Shown piece by piece: positions 12,859 to 26,502 of a stretch of 64,000 bases of DNA. Made by a program: the position numbers and the translations under genes. Each line of letters starts with the position of its first letter. Positions within the stretch are counted from its first letter, which is position 1. The notes below the pieces were generated by a model, which was given only the letters and a program-made list of their open reading frames with translations, was not told where the DNA came from and made no database searches. Source of the stretch: Phoronis australis (lineage: Eukaryota > Animalia > Phoronida); the NCBI GenBank assembly GCA_002633005.1, contig NMRA01000030.1, positions 443,980-507,979 of the forward strand. Reading direction: 5' to 3'.

Positions 12859-13793
12859 TCTTTTAAAGAAGTTTGGATGTATCAGTGCAGGACCACAAAC
12901 ACAGCAGTGGTCTGACCACCTTTACATTGATTAATTATACACTTGTATTAAGTCTGTAGCTGGGCACAAAGAGAACCTCAGGAAATTAGCTAAATGTAGT
13001 CTTGCCCTGAGACAGCAGCTATCTCCATAATGCCCTCTATAGCAGAATAGAATACACAAGATAAAAGCTTTATAAATCCCTGGAAGTGAGTGTTTGTATT
13101 AGACATTTGGATTATCTGGCAATACACATTCAGGGTAAAGCTTTGAGCTCCACTCACATGCCTATTGGCTGTGCTGAATTCTGATTGGTGGGTTGCCGAG
13201 GCAGACAAATAGCCTCAGACTGGTACTATGTACACAGGTAGGATGAAACACCCACACAAAATCAGGTAAAAACTTACCAGTAATCACAACAATGGCAGTT
13301 ATAGCGGATTTGCAGCGCAGACGAACTACGCATTGCGCATGTGCGAGTNTCTTTTAAAGAAGTTTGGATGTATCAGTGCAGGACCACAAACACAGCAGTG
13401 GTCTGACCACCTTTACATTGATTAATTATACACTTGTATTAAGTCTGTAGCTGGGCACAAAGAGAACCTCAGGAAATTAGCTAAATGTAGTCTTGCCCTG
13501 AGACAGCAGCTATCTCCATAATGCCCTCTATAGCAGAATAGAATACACAAGATAAAAGCTTTATAAATCCCTGGAAGTGAGTGTTTGTATTAGACATTTG
13601 GATTATCTGGCAATACACATTCAGGGTAAAGCTTTGAGCTCCACTCACATGCCTATTGGCTGTGCTGAATTCTGATTGGTGGGTTGCAGAGGCAGACAAA
13701 TAGCCTCAGACTGGTACTATGTACACAGGTAGGATGAAACACCCACACAAAATCAGGTAAAAACTTACCAGTAATCACAACAATGGCAGTTAT
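12859..13793. repeat. 444-bp near-identical direct duplication (12859-13302, 13350-13793) around a single N; probable assembly/haplotype overlap
   Basis: Offset 491. One visible substitution (gttgccgag/gttgcagag). N at 13349. Confidence 0.9.
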
Positions 13794-15879
13794 TGAATAC
13801 ATTTACCTGGACAGAAGCAAACCACATCGAATGGCATCATATTATGAAGATCACGATATCATAAAGTTATTGTAATTAACATGTGCGTGACACAACATAA
13901 CTGCCTTAAATAAAAGAGTTTAAAAATCTTGCCAAAATCTGCTACTTTCACCAAAGTTATGGTAAGAACTTGGTGGTAATTAAAAAGAACTTTGTATTGA
14001 ATCACAGCCAGCTGCCATCACGATAACATTCGGATATAATATGCCGCATTTTGAGAAACAGTTTTCTCTACATTATATCCAACGTACAATTAGCAAAAAA
14101 TGCCATGAGGTTACCAATTTTCAAACAAAAATGTCTCATTTTTTAAATTGCCTAGTGCAAGACAGAAAACTCAATGGAAAAATAAAAAAAGATTAAGTCA
14201 ACAATTCTCAACAGTAACTGAATGACATCAGAAGGAAAACCACTGGAATTTTCAGAACACAAAACAAACTCCAGTTTTGAAAGCAAACATGACTACTGAA
14301 ATGGTATTCTCAAGCATGCGAAATAATGTAGTTGGGTTACAATTTGTAGTTGATTAAAATCAATACATGACTGTGGATACACAAAACGTCCATATTGTCA
14401 CTTTAGAATAGTAGGAAAGACATAGTTTACTTGGAATCTGGTGATATTTACTAATTGCTTTTAACAAACATTATCTCACACACATGGTGATGGGAAGTGT
14501 ATTGATTTGTCTCTGTATTTGTTTGAGCATATTTTGTGGCAGAGATAAAACATCAGCAAGAATTTAACAAGCTTCACATACAAATCATCTCCTAAGATCC
14601 TGGCAAGTATTTAGGAATAAAGTTTGGACTAGGACACTAAATTCATTGATCATGAATAACCCTTTCTAGCAAGATTAATCAAGCCTTACTTATGGTCCCA
14701 AAATATTATTCAAGCTTTTTGGCCTACCCTATTCAAGGTTCAAGACTAAGATAATGCAACCTTGCACCATGGCACTGACATATTCTGGCCAAAAACTTAC
14801 GTATACTAAATATCACTGAGTAACTATCCACCACCAACAAAATGTAATAGAAAGTAGTTTCCAATTTAAACACCAGCAAAACCAGGAAAACAACTTTAGA
14901 TTGTCATCTCATCCAGACAGCACAATATAAATTTTATTTTCCATATACAGTTTATTATTGGTACACTTAGGTACCAGTGACCCTCAGGAGTCAAGGTTAA
15001 CTAGCCTTGGTCATATTTAGCTAAGTACTTGTAAGTCTTCAAAAAACTTTCACTATCTAAAAATTAAAATCTTACTTCAAAACAAAATCAGATATATTAA
15101 CACCATTTAAGGAGAAATCAAACAATTTTATTGAATAACTGATGACAAATGTCTTTCTCAACAACAGGAAATTGGAAATAGGCAGTACTTCTACACAGCC
15201 TCGATACCTTCCTCTTCCATCGTTGGTTATATTCCTCAAAGTCTTTGTATTAACAAAATGTATATAATCCACTCAAGACACAGATTTGATCTGCAAAGAT
15301 ATCTGAATGTGATATCAGTGGAACCCAGAGAAATCTCCAGTGAGTTTTCACAATTGAATTAGTATTATAGGTAGCCCAAATGGGACTGGCGTTACTATAG
15401 ATACGATCCTATGTAAGTGCAATGTAAAAGGTATAATTAGGGCCGTGAATGAGCTCAGGGAAATGGTTCTTGACTAATTCTGGCTTGACTAAAACTCACA
15501 ACAGCTGTATATCACTGCATGGTAAGTCAGCAGTGGCAACCTAGTTCCTGTTTCACAGATTTTATGATCAACATTTACAATGACATCGCATTGTCACACA
15601 GTTTATCAACACTGTTGAAGAAAATTGCTGGCGTCATGCCAACAACCAAACTTAAGACTTAAAATATTCTTTCTGTTCCATTTTAGAGCAAGGTTTACGC
15701 AAGCCACAATTTTCTCAAAAATGATATCCTTTCAATTAAATTAAATAGTAAGCCTAATCTATAAATTTGAAAATTTACAGCACAAAATGGCAGGTGAATT
15801 TTGAAAACTGAGATTCATTTTCCACCCATTTATAATCTGGACATAACAACATTAAATTTTCCTAAACTAACAGTTTTGT

Positions 15880-16030
15880 ATATACCATCAGCTTACAATT
15901 TAGATATACCAAGATTCATTTTTAATCACCTTACAATTTAGATATACCAAGATTCAGTTTTTATCAAGTTGCAGTTTGGATAAACTGAGATTCATTTTTC
16001 ATTAACTCACAATTTGGATATAGCCAGATG
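15880..16030. repeat. Degenerate ~38-bp tandem repeat (cttacaatttagatataccaagattca...)
   Basis: 3-4 decayed copies. Confidence 0.65.
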
Positions 16031-19000
16031 TAACATTACACAAAATATTCCTACCATTCTCTTGACTGCAGCAAAATCAACCAATCACTAAACATCTAGT
16101 TTCATCATGGTTCCCAAAGGTGTAGTAATATCTATCAAATTTCAGACAACAATAAGTGTCACAAAAATTGAACTTTTTTCATTTTTCCAAAGCCTTCCAA
16201 TATTGTTGTGAACGACTGCAGTTACTCAAAGTGTGGGCTGGTACCTATGGTATACAACTTGAAAATTATAAACATTTTTTCAATGACACTTTTGTGAAAA
16301 AAATAAAAATATGAAGGACGGAGAGATACTACTGACAGTTATACCAAACTTCTAATGGATGACCAACCAGTCATTTGGATTGAGAATTAAGCTTACTTTC
16401 AAGTATAATATTTCTGCGATGTATGAAGTTCATGTAAAAAATTCAAGGCAAACACCACGGACAATCCACAATGCCAAGGTGCAAGTCTGTCCACTGGATA
16501 GGATGAAATATGCGCAGAAACTGTGAAACAGGAAATCAGAACTAATTTAAAAGTGATATCATGGTCAGTCAAAGTACACTATGTTCAGCAGGTATTAAAC
16601 TGTAATCATGTACTTGTCATCCCAAATATTCGCAAAGCACTCTGTAACTTTCTGTATTTCGAAAATAAAGTATGTGACTCCACCATGCTTTTAATCAAAC
16701 CCAAAACTGTGGAGTAAACAAGAATCAATTTAGCGCTTAGTTGCGAAAAAGCACACATTGCAAACCACATCACAATAACCTTACTTCTGGTTTCAACTTC
16801 AGCAGTTTCTAAATAAAAGGTAGCCCAGATATTAGTCTAGCCCACTGTTTTATCAATAAATTGTTCCGAGCTCTTTTGTCTCACCACTCACAGGCCAATC
16901 ATCATACCATTGTTCATAGTTTCCATAACTTTTAACCAAGAATTCAATTTCAGCAGTCAAGCAGCTAGAAAATCACCAGTTTTAGTCCACGAAATTTAAA
17001 TTTGTTTTAGCCAGCCTTTTATTCAGTGAAGCCACTTCTTAGGTAATTGCTCTACTAAACACAAAAAGATCTCAGATCCTTGATAAGCAGGCTTCTTGGA
17101 ATTGTACTAAGACAAATTCTCATAAAAACCAATGATTTTGACAAACTTACCAGGGAAAGAAAAAGAACTGTAAAATTATTAATATAATAACCTGAAATTA
17201 GCATTCCAAAATTTCATTAGTTATCTGTTGAGAAGACATTTGTACTGCCAAGAAAAAAGAGAAATACGACTAAGCTGAACTTTCTTCTCAAGCATAGATG
17301 GAGATTACTACAAAAATACCAACTTTGTAATATTACAAAAAATGTCCAATGCTTCCTGAGAAAATTGTATAACGGATTCTTTGTGTTTTGGTTCATGCCA
17401 ACGAAAACGTTTTGATAAAATGAAATCTTTGTAATTATACCAGCCTAATATCATCTAGGAGACAGCACAATAATCAATGCTGAAGCACAGTTGTGCCAAT
17501 GCTGTCAGTTGGTAAGTGCATCATACCATGTCACTCAGTCTACTCTGCAATTTCCTGTTTCTCAGCTACACTCAGAACTCGACACAAAGGTAATTTCCCC
17601 AGGAACAGTGTGAGAAATATTGAAACTGTGGAGTTGGATGCAGACAGGCACTTGAGTTATGATTTATTCGTAACATAATGAAGGATTTTGATAGAAGACC
17701 AAAAGAAACCGACTCGCAATTAAAGCCATAGAACTGTAATCACAGAAAAAGGACGATGAAGAAACTTCTGATTTCACAGACAATTGTAAATCACTGCTGA
17801 CATTTTGAGGTGCAGTAAGAGATGAGTGGCCGGTTTCCTCCATGTTTTTGAAATTTCATAATCTTGCTTTGACTGAAACAATGACTATAATGCAGTCCAA
17901 ACATTATTAAATAGCAAACTTCAACATTTTTTAAAGTTGACATGAAAATGACATGAATGAGCGGGATATTAATAGTTTTAAGTCCTCGCAACACTAATTA
18001 GGTCAATTGAAAGTCACTGACGTAAAACTGAAATATAGTCTAAATCAAGTTATGACCCATGAATCATGTCATTGCAGCAATAAATGAAATCCATATTACA
18101 TATGGACGCTAACTTACAAGTTAAAACAAAACAAGAAATAACCGTAATCTACCCATGTGCAAAAACAATGGCTGCTCTACTGGGGTTTAAAAGAAAAAAT
18201 ACTCTAAAAATATTTTATGAAAGAGCTCATTGAGACGATGTTTTAATGTAATGTTTTACCAGGAAAACAACATCATAAAATTGAAGTAAATTTTTCAATA
18301 ACACATTGAGTTAAGCTTTTACCAAACTTGATGACCATTTCTGTATGACAATGTTGGCACAAATCTTTATTGAAGGTTTCTTTGTTAGTGAAAAACTGAT
18401 GACCAATCAGACAATTTCTGCATGAACAAACGGCTAATGTAAAACTAATAAATCTAACAGAGCTCAGAAACATGAGCGTTCCATTGGGAAAAGCCGCAGG
18501 ATTTAGATTGACGAAGAAAACTTGCGCTCTCCTGTGTAAACGGATCAGTGCCAAAACCTGAAAAAACAACAAGGCTATGAAAAAATATAATATTCATTAG
18601 AATGTGAAAGTGTGACCAATGAAATAATGCAAAACAAGAACTAAAAATGTCATATTTGTAAGCCCACAACCCAAAGTTTCTATGTTTATGTACTATTTAA
18701 GTTCTGCTCCAATATTTTAAATTCAAAGGTTTGAGAGTATCCTTTTCAAAATGAATATTTCAAAATCCAAATAAGATTTCTCATTTAAAATTGTTATGAT
18801 ATCCTCAATCTTGCCATGACCAACAATAAAGGCATCAACACACGTGTGGTAACAGTCTTGATGACTAAATTAATTACTGAAACATAAATAGAAGAAAAAC
18901 AAGACACTATTATCATTACATTTGTCTCAAATATCCTGAACTTTGATGCGACTGTACAGCTGAAATGTAACCAAACATTATCGTAACAAACGAGATTGAA

Positions 19001-22000
19001 ACGATAATGTTAGAACTTCTAGTATTACCATCTGAACAACACAGATGTCCACTATTATGGTAGAACGCAGTTTAAATTTTTAAACATACATTGACAAATG
19101 ATTCACTCTTTGTTGAATTTGTTTGTGATGTTCTTGATAGTACCACTGAATGGCCATGGCAGTATTAAGCATACACATAAGGTCAAAATGATTCTTGAGA
19201 ATATTTCATGTGTAAATTTCATCTATTCTGTAGGAATTGCTCATCTGCAATGCTTCACAAACAATACATACTGAAAATTCCTCACTATTGCAAACCCAAC
19301 CAATTAGCAATATTTTAACTGTTTTGTTTTTAGCAGGAGCAGCTACGACAAAACCAAGCAGACTGCAAAACAACCTTCAAAGGAAGCAGGTGTCTCTCTA
19401 CAGGGGTGTTTTTCACAGGCCACCTGTACAGGGAAAGACAGAGGCACAGCCTCACTACCGGCAAACTTGTCAACATAAGTACACAACATCTATCTGTATC
19501 ACCAAAACTGGAAGTTCACATAATGTTAGACTCTCTTTATGTTCTCCGTAGAATACTGTCCATGAATAATTTTTAACTTTTTGCGGAAAAGACAATGAAA
19601 AATAGTTTCATGAAAATAAAGGGTCATATCTGAAGTATTGGATCAAATGGGATTTTTTGGTTTTATAAGAATGAAAATTAATCATGTCAACAATTATATA
19701 AATCTTCAAAAGGATTTCTTCCGTTAAATGTTTAGTATGCCAACATTGACTACACTGTCAACAGAACTGTCATGGTACAGCAACACACAACTAAATAATT
19801 ACTTCGTTTATGATTACAAACACATGGAGTCATAATACGAGTTGTTCCAACACAAGTGTTTGAAAGAACGAGACTTATAATTATACAAATAAGGACCAAT
19901 CAAGACCAAAAATCAAGTTTGATAGATTAAGGTCTGTATAACCCAGTATGTGCAAGAGATTGATCCAAGTTTTAGGTTCTATTATACTATCACATGTCCC
20001 TTTCTTCAGATTTCTTCATTTTTGCTATATTGACACGTTTTTAGCTGTTATGCTGTACGTCATCTACTCATTTTGTTTATGCGATCTGGAGTTTATAGTC
20101 TCTGTGGCCCATAATTTGTCAGTTTGTTCACATACATGTTGTCTGAAAACTGACACTGGCCAGCCAGGTAACATCACCTAATAATGGGAATCAACATACT
20201 GCGTTTTAGCCAATCAGAAGACAGAAACATCAATTACTTTAACTTGTAATAATGCATGAGGTAGCATGCTCCACATCAGAAGGAAGTACAAATTGTTCCA
20301 GATGAATTTGACATGGATTATAGCGTGAACTCGACATGAATATCATCATAATTCTAGGATTGTTACTCGTGACCCTCACGCAATGAGTCAAGTTCTGCTT
20401 AAATCAGGTTCCAAGTTTCAGCTAGTCCGTTTTAAAAGAATTGTCTACACTACGAGATATCAATGATAGCAAGCTTCAGCAGTAGTGCGGACGTTATTTA
20501 CACGGGATAACACGACACATGCGAAACAATGCATCCCACCTTACTGAGGTGGTTGTTCTGGAGTTATTGGAGTAACTAACCCCCACCTTATTGAGGTAGG
20601 GCAACCACAGTACCTTGTCCCAGCACAAGTCATAATGTGGTCACAAACCTGCAGACAAAATTAGGCAGAAGTAATTACCATTTCTGCCCTTGTTCAGTTA
20701 CATGCGGGTGTATATTCCTGTTTTTGCCATATTTGCCATATGGTGAAGGGTGTACAGTGAGGACACTTGGCTGAACAGAGGCAAGTTGATCTAGAGCAAA
20801 TTGTTCTAGAATAACTTGTAGTGTGAACATGACTTAACACAAGCTGATCTCACTAAAAGCAAGTTGCTCTAGGTTAACACATAGTGTGAATACAAGGTAA
20901 CACAACTAGGTGAAAACTTGGAATAACTGGTACAAGGAGCAACTGGGAAATGTATTTGTTTTAAAAGTAATTCCTTTAATGAAGTATTTCATGTAGAAAC
21001 AATGAGAAATGAATTTTAAAGCATTAGGTATCAGCAGAGGAAAGATATCAGTTTCTGGTTGATTTAATGTGATTTAATGTGTCATTCAACAAAGTAAAGG
21101 ACATTTATCATTGGCTAACAGTAAGTAATAAATCAACATAAATATTCGTATTAAGAAAACTGAGAGATTACCGAGCTGTGTAAGAGATTAAAAATGTATT
21201 CAAGATTTTGCTCAATGGTGCTCATCAGAATGAAGGAAAACAAAACATTTTTTGTAATTTTGAACAATGGAACACTGGTTATCTTTTCGAGACATTAGAA
21301 TTCACCTTCTGTACAGGTAAAACATGAAGTTAAATCAAGACTCTTAAATCAAGCATTTATGGGCAAATGTGACCGTTTCCACGAACCTGAGACCTTTTTA
21401 TCTTGACACTTAGCACTGTACACACATATTTACAAAATCTCTTGACAATAAATACAAAATAAACTTATTGGTCAAAAGCGATAATCAATTTGAAAGAGGA
21501 TTTTTAAAGAATATCTTTGTGGGTCTGTGGAAACCACATAATCAGCCAGGGACAAGTAATTCCTCTCTGGTTAAAAACTCGAACTAAAACTAATTGCCTT
21601 TTGAAGACAATGCAAGTAGGAAGGGTTTAGGTCTCTACGGATGTCATTCATCATTACAACAAATCAGTCTTTTCTCTACACTGTTCCACAGCTAACGCTA
21701 CCCATTGATTTTCAATTCACAGTCTGAAAACGCATCAATATTGGCTGGTCTTTAAGCAAGCCATTGTCACACCACTACACAGTAGAGTATCCCATATGAA
21801 TGAAAAATAAAGGTGATTAAAACACAGTCAACCAGCGTGTTCTAATTATGACTAATGGAACTCCCTTTATACTTCACCAATTTTCAAAATTGTTTCAGGC
21901 GTCTCATCTATTAAGTCTAAAATTCTTCATAAGTCATTAATTAGAGTGCTATGTTGTATTAATATTGGTGAATACACCACATTTAATTAATGAAATGCAC

Positions 22001-23275
22001 CGACTACGTGATGAAATCCTACAAAATACCGATTGTTTGCAATAGCTACACTTTAGAGATACACGAGGATAAGGTTGATAGTAGTGTAACTACATTTATT
22101 ACCTCACCTCAACGTAAATTATTTTAAGTGTGTTGAGCCGTTTCACTATGGAGATAAGTGACCATTAGATGGCCAAAAAACAACAAAAGATGATTATTCA
22201 TTTATGGGTGTCAACAACTGCTGTCCATTTCCATAAGATTGAAACCAGCAGTAACAGAAAAAGTTAATTTAGTCCAAAAAGGCAAAGTTGCTTATGGTCT
22301 GTGTTTGTTTTGAAAATAGAGTGGGATGTGTGGAATTTTTAGTTGCTCACTTTTTCAAAAAAGGAAATATACCTGAGATGTGCAAAAATGATGCAAGATT
22401 TTTTACTCTGTACTCATTGCTTGGCAAATCATGGCTTGATAACTCTTACTTAGCGCAGGTTTTCAAATAAAACGAGACATGAAATTAATAAGTGGGGGAA
22501 GTTTTTAGTCAGTGAGAGCAGATCTCAAAATGAGTCGGGGTACAGAACAGAACCAACTATGGTTTTTCGACCTGATCTGCTGCGGAAGAAATATCTTTAT
22601 ACACAAAACAGGGGGATTAACTCTACAGAGCTACAGCACCACTTTATCGTTCAGAGTTCATAGGTGAACCAAATCCAAGACAGGTCCAGATTACTCAGGG
22701 ATCTAAACCAAAACTAACATTAAAACTAAAAAATGCTTTTAAGGCAGTTATTTGTTTCCGACAAAATAAGAATCAGCCAAAGAAACCTTTTCTAATCTTT
22801 CACTCAATGGCTAGAAGGTACAAATTGAATAAAACCAATTCAGAAAAGAATACTTTGTAACTTTCATGTTTAAGACTGATCTAATAGTACCTGAATAAAA
22901 CGAATAGAACACGCACGATTCTGCCAAATGACATTGGAAGTAAATTTTTACACTAGAAATACTGCCTAAGTGGTTTAAATAGTACTGAAACATGAAAGCA
23001 AAATTCAAGTCAATACAATAAAATAGCGTAGACAGGGAAAAATTTGTTTCCCTTCTTTTCATTACAAAATACTACGATTCCCAAGGATAGCTGGGCGTTT
23101 ATATCCAACACACTGTCTTACCAACACAACAGCTGTGATTTCTCACTCAATTCCTATGGCTCCCAACTGAGTGCGATGTGGAACACAACCACTGTCCGAT
23201 TTCACCCAACATTTTCCCACCAACCCCCCCACCTAGATCACCTGTGATTACCTTACCAACAAAAGCCATACTCAC

Positions 23276-23285
23276 CACCCATCAT
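23276..23285 (-). CDS. Candidate alternative first coding exon, MMG(E), in frame with the RRM2 exon
   Basis: GAC ATG ATG GGT G|gtgagt, consensus donor, phase 1. Would give [15 protein letters not shown]-rich putative leader upstream. Confidence 0.4.
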
Positions 23286-23791
23286 GTCGTTTGTAAAAAG
23301 TGAGATGAAAAAATAATACCCACACCACAACAACACGGAGACACAACACAGAGATTCTAGACTACAGAGCTCAAACAACGTCCAAGGATCATATTGATCC
23401 GTTCTTGGGAAGTCTTCTTGAATCAGCAAATAGGAGGAGACCTGGCGCACACTGCCATGAATAAATGAATATATTATGAGCAGTTCATGACAACAACACT
23501 TCAGTAAGGATTTCTGAGTTTTCTGCAATTCCGCAACAGTGGAATTAATATCAATTTCAGTTTTAGTAGTAGACACAAAGGAACGAAAAATCATAAAGAC
23601 GGTAAAAATTACCATTTCTAATGTTGGTTTTAGAAGATAATCTGCATAAATTATGCACATGCAATTGAATTACCCCCAAACCCAGAATTCCAGTGGGACG
23701 GACATGTCTTTTTATAAAAAGTAACATTATTTTCAAGAAGGTATCTTTGCATGACTGTGCTAATTAAGAAAAAAAATATTTTCAGCTTTAA

Positions 23792-23997
23792 AGCTGCATT
23801 TCATCCTATTCAGCTGGCTAAAAACAAAAATGAAATTACACCTTTTACTCTCATAAAATCAGCCTCAAAATATTCTTTACCGTGATAGGATTGTATCCTA
23901 TCCCGGTAAAGAATATTTCAAGACCAATTCTATGAGAATATTAGGCCCCCAGTCCATTTTCGTTTTTTTAGCCAGTTGAATAGGGCAAAACGCAACT
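23792..23997. mobile_element. Foldback MITE flanked by TTAA (Kolobok-like termini AG...CT)
   Basis: The whole element is an imperfect palindrome centred on gataggat-tgt-atcctatc. TTAA at 23788-23791 and 23998-24001. A related end fragment lies near 63345-63388. Confidence 0.75.
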
Positions 23998-24016
23998 TTA
24001 ATTGCAAAATCATAAG

Positions 24017-24103
24017 ATACGAGGCATCATGTTCACATGAATCTATGAAGGAGTAATAATGTAATACGAGGCATCATGTTCACATGAGTCTATGAAAGAG
24101 TAA
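24017..24103. repeat. ~47-bp tandem duplication (atacgaggcatcatgttcacatga.tctatgaa.gagtaa)
   Basis: Two near-identical copies. Confidence 0.85.
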
Positions 24104-25301
24104 CAGTCACAGGCCACACAAGTTTACAATCAACACAGACCTCACAATCACTTCTTACGTCATACTGCTAATGTTTTGCAATTGGCTTGGTCTTTCTGTT
24201 CATTATTCAACTTGGATCAGTTGTCATGACTACAATGATATTATTAATGCATAACAATCTTAAACTCCCTCCAGTTGACTATATATGGTAGTTACCCATT
24301 CAAAAATACACCACCCGAGTTCTGCAAAAACTTTCGAATCTTCAGAAACGAGACATTCAAAAATATTTTTCTCACATAACCAACCAATATTTGCATAAGA
24401 CACTCCACAAAAATAGAGAAAATAATTTGATGTTTTAAAGTACAGAAGTACTCAAAAGCCGCACTTCGTTGTTTGATTCTTGATTGTTATAAACTTGAAG
24501 CTCTAGATAACCACATTTTGAAGAAATATTCTTCCAGGGGATAATAAAAAAACTAATTACTAAATGACTAGTAACTGTAAAAGGTATGATTACAGATTCA
24601 CTACAGTTACTTTCTTCATCCCGCCTACTTAGTAAGATTAAATTCAATCCATACATTAAACAGTAACTATAGCAACATCATTTTCTAACCATGTAACCAT
24701 AGAGGCAATCTAGAATCTAGAATCAGTTAGGACTGGATTAGCTTCAGTCAAAACATAGCATAAATACTGTCCTCGTTAGACCTCCTAGTGATTATTATCT
24801 CATACAACATGGTATTTTTATGATTTCGAAGGCTCATATAGGAAATAATGGTAAATGAAACCAGCCGATAAAAGAAATTTAAGAAAACAAACATTGAAAT
24901 ATAAGTTCATGTATTCTCTCGGGCCTACAGTTAAGAAATAGTCTTGACACAGCACGTTACCCTAAAAGGCACTTGTGTACGGCTCAAAAGGAATGCATCT
25001 GTTGATGAAATTTCAAAATGATTCACAAGGGGGAGTAGAATATGTCAAATCCATTGGGAATTGCTAAAGTGTCATTGTCCAATCCATAGAAATCTATTTA
25101 GTAAATTTCCTAAAAATACACCAAGGAATTCAGTAGATACAGAGATAAGTGTAAAAATTACTACTAGTAGTTGGGTTTGTCTGAAAGTCGTTGTCATCAC
25201 CCTCATGGAAATACATGTATGCTCTCTAAGTTGGCTTGTCGCGGCAGGACACTAGTTTGGCAAGCTCGGTGACACAGAAATCATTTCTCATCTGAATTAG
25301 G

Positions 25302-25650
25302 AACAGTGTTATAGTTCTGTAAGTCATCTAAAACAGTGTTATAGCTATTTAAGTCATCTAAAACAGTGTTATAACTCAGTAAGTCGTCTAAAATGGTGTT
25401 ACAGCTCTGTAAGTCATCTATACAGTATTATAGCTATGTAAATCATCTAAAACAGTGTTATAGCTATGTAAATCATCTAAAACAGTGTTATAGCTGTGTA
25501 AATCATCTAAACAGTGTTATAGCTCTGTATGTCATCTAATACAGGGTTATAGCTAGGTAAGTAACCTAAACAGTGTACATCATCTAAGACAGTGTTAAAG
25601 CTCTGTAAGTCATCTAAAACAGTGTTATAGCTCTGTAAGTCATGTAAAAC
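25302..25650. repeat. ~30-bp minisatellite (aaaacagtgttatagctctgtaagtcatct)
   Basis: About 11-12 tandem copies. Confidence 0.95.
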
Positions 25651-26274
25651 AAAAGTCATTTTCACTGACCACACATAACTAATTACAGTTGCTTTAACTA
25701 AAATCTGATTGTTGATTATACAATTATAAAAATCTGTCTAAATACCACCACAAATAATAAAAGTGTAATAATAATGAATACAACTAAATAAAGAATGACA
25801 GAACAGTAATACCTTAAAAGCTACAATTAGAACAAATAAAATACCAATTACAATACTAATAAAAATAGTAATATAATATCGAGGCCTATTGTTAGGAGGC
25901 TTCCCAATCACTGTGGTTCAAATGCTCAAAATCTCACTTTGTATAATTATGTTTCAGTGTTAAAAGAGAGACAGGGGTAATACCTTAATTATCATATAAC
26001 AATAACATTAGTGCACCCAGCCTAATAAATGGGGGGCTCGAATTTTTGAGAATATGGACTGTTTACTAAGATTCATGAGGTACATTCAGAGCTTAATGTG
26101 CATTTACCGAATTTCGATAGTACCTACATTTTGCCTCATTTTCTACTTTTTTCTAAGTGTTTGTTTCTCTGACGCGGACATTTTTACTCACTTCACCAAA
26201 TGGGGGAGGGGCTTGTTTGACCCCCCAAGCCCCCCTGGGTGCACGCATGAATAAGTGAAATACAACAAAAACGG

Positions 26275-26502
26275 ATATATATATATACATATATTGCATA
26301 TTCACATTTATATATACATAATTTTTATTCATATGTGTGTTTGGGTGTGTGTGTGTGTGTGTAAGTGTGTGCGCGCGCGCGCATACACATACACATATAC
26401 ATACACAGACACCCACCCACATATATCAGCAGGAGATCCCCACAGGCAAAATCCCCTTCATTGAGGGCGGACCTACAATACAGTACAATACAATACAATA
26501 CA
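26275..26502. repeat. Compound microsatellite: (TA)n, (TG)n, (CG)n, (CA)n, then (CAATA)n
   Basis: Seen directly. Confidence 0.9.

Noticed and set aside
12990-13699. Duplicated 72-aa ORF as tandem genes
   Set aside because: Arises from the near-identical duplication around a single N; no recognisable protein features.
17151-17167. Possible 17-nt microexon (ttttacag ... CTG|gtaagt)
   Set aside because: Frameshifting, almost pure pyrimidine, and no independent support.
20535-20602. Twin hairpins ccacctta.tgaggt.g
   Set aside because: Most likely the duplicated terminal hairpin of a decayed interspersed repeat; no evidence for an RNA gene.
23253-23660. 135-aa minus-strand ORF as an independent gene
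   Set aside because: No recognisable domain and low-information composition; only the final MMG plus donor is of interest.
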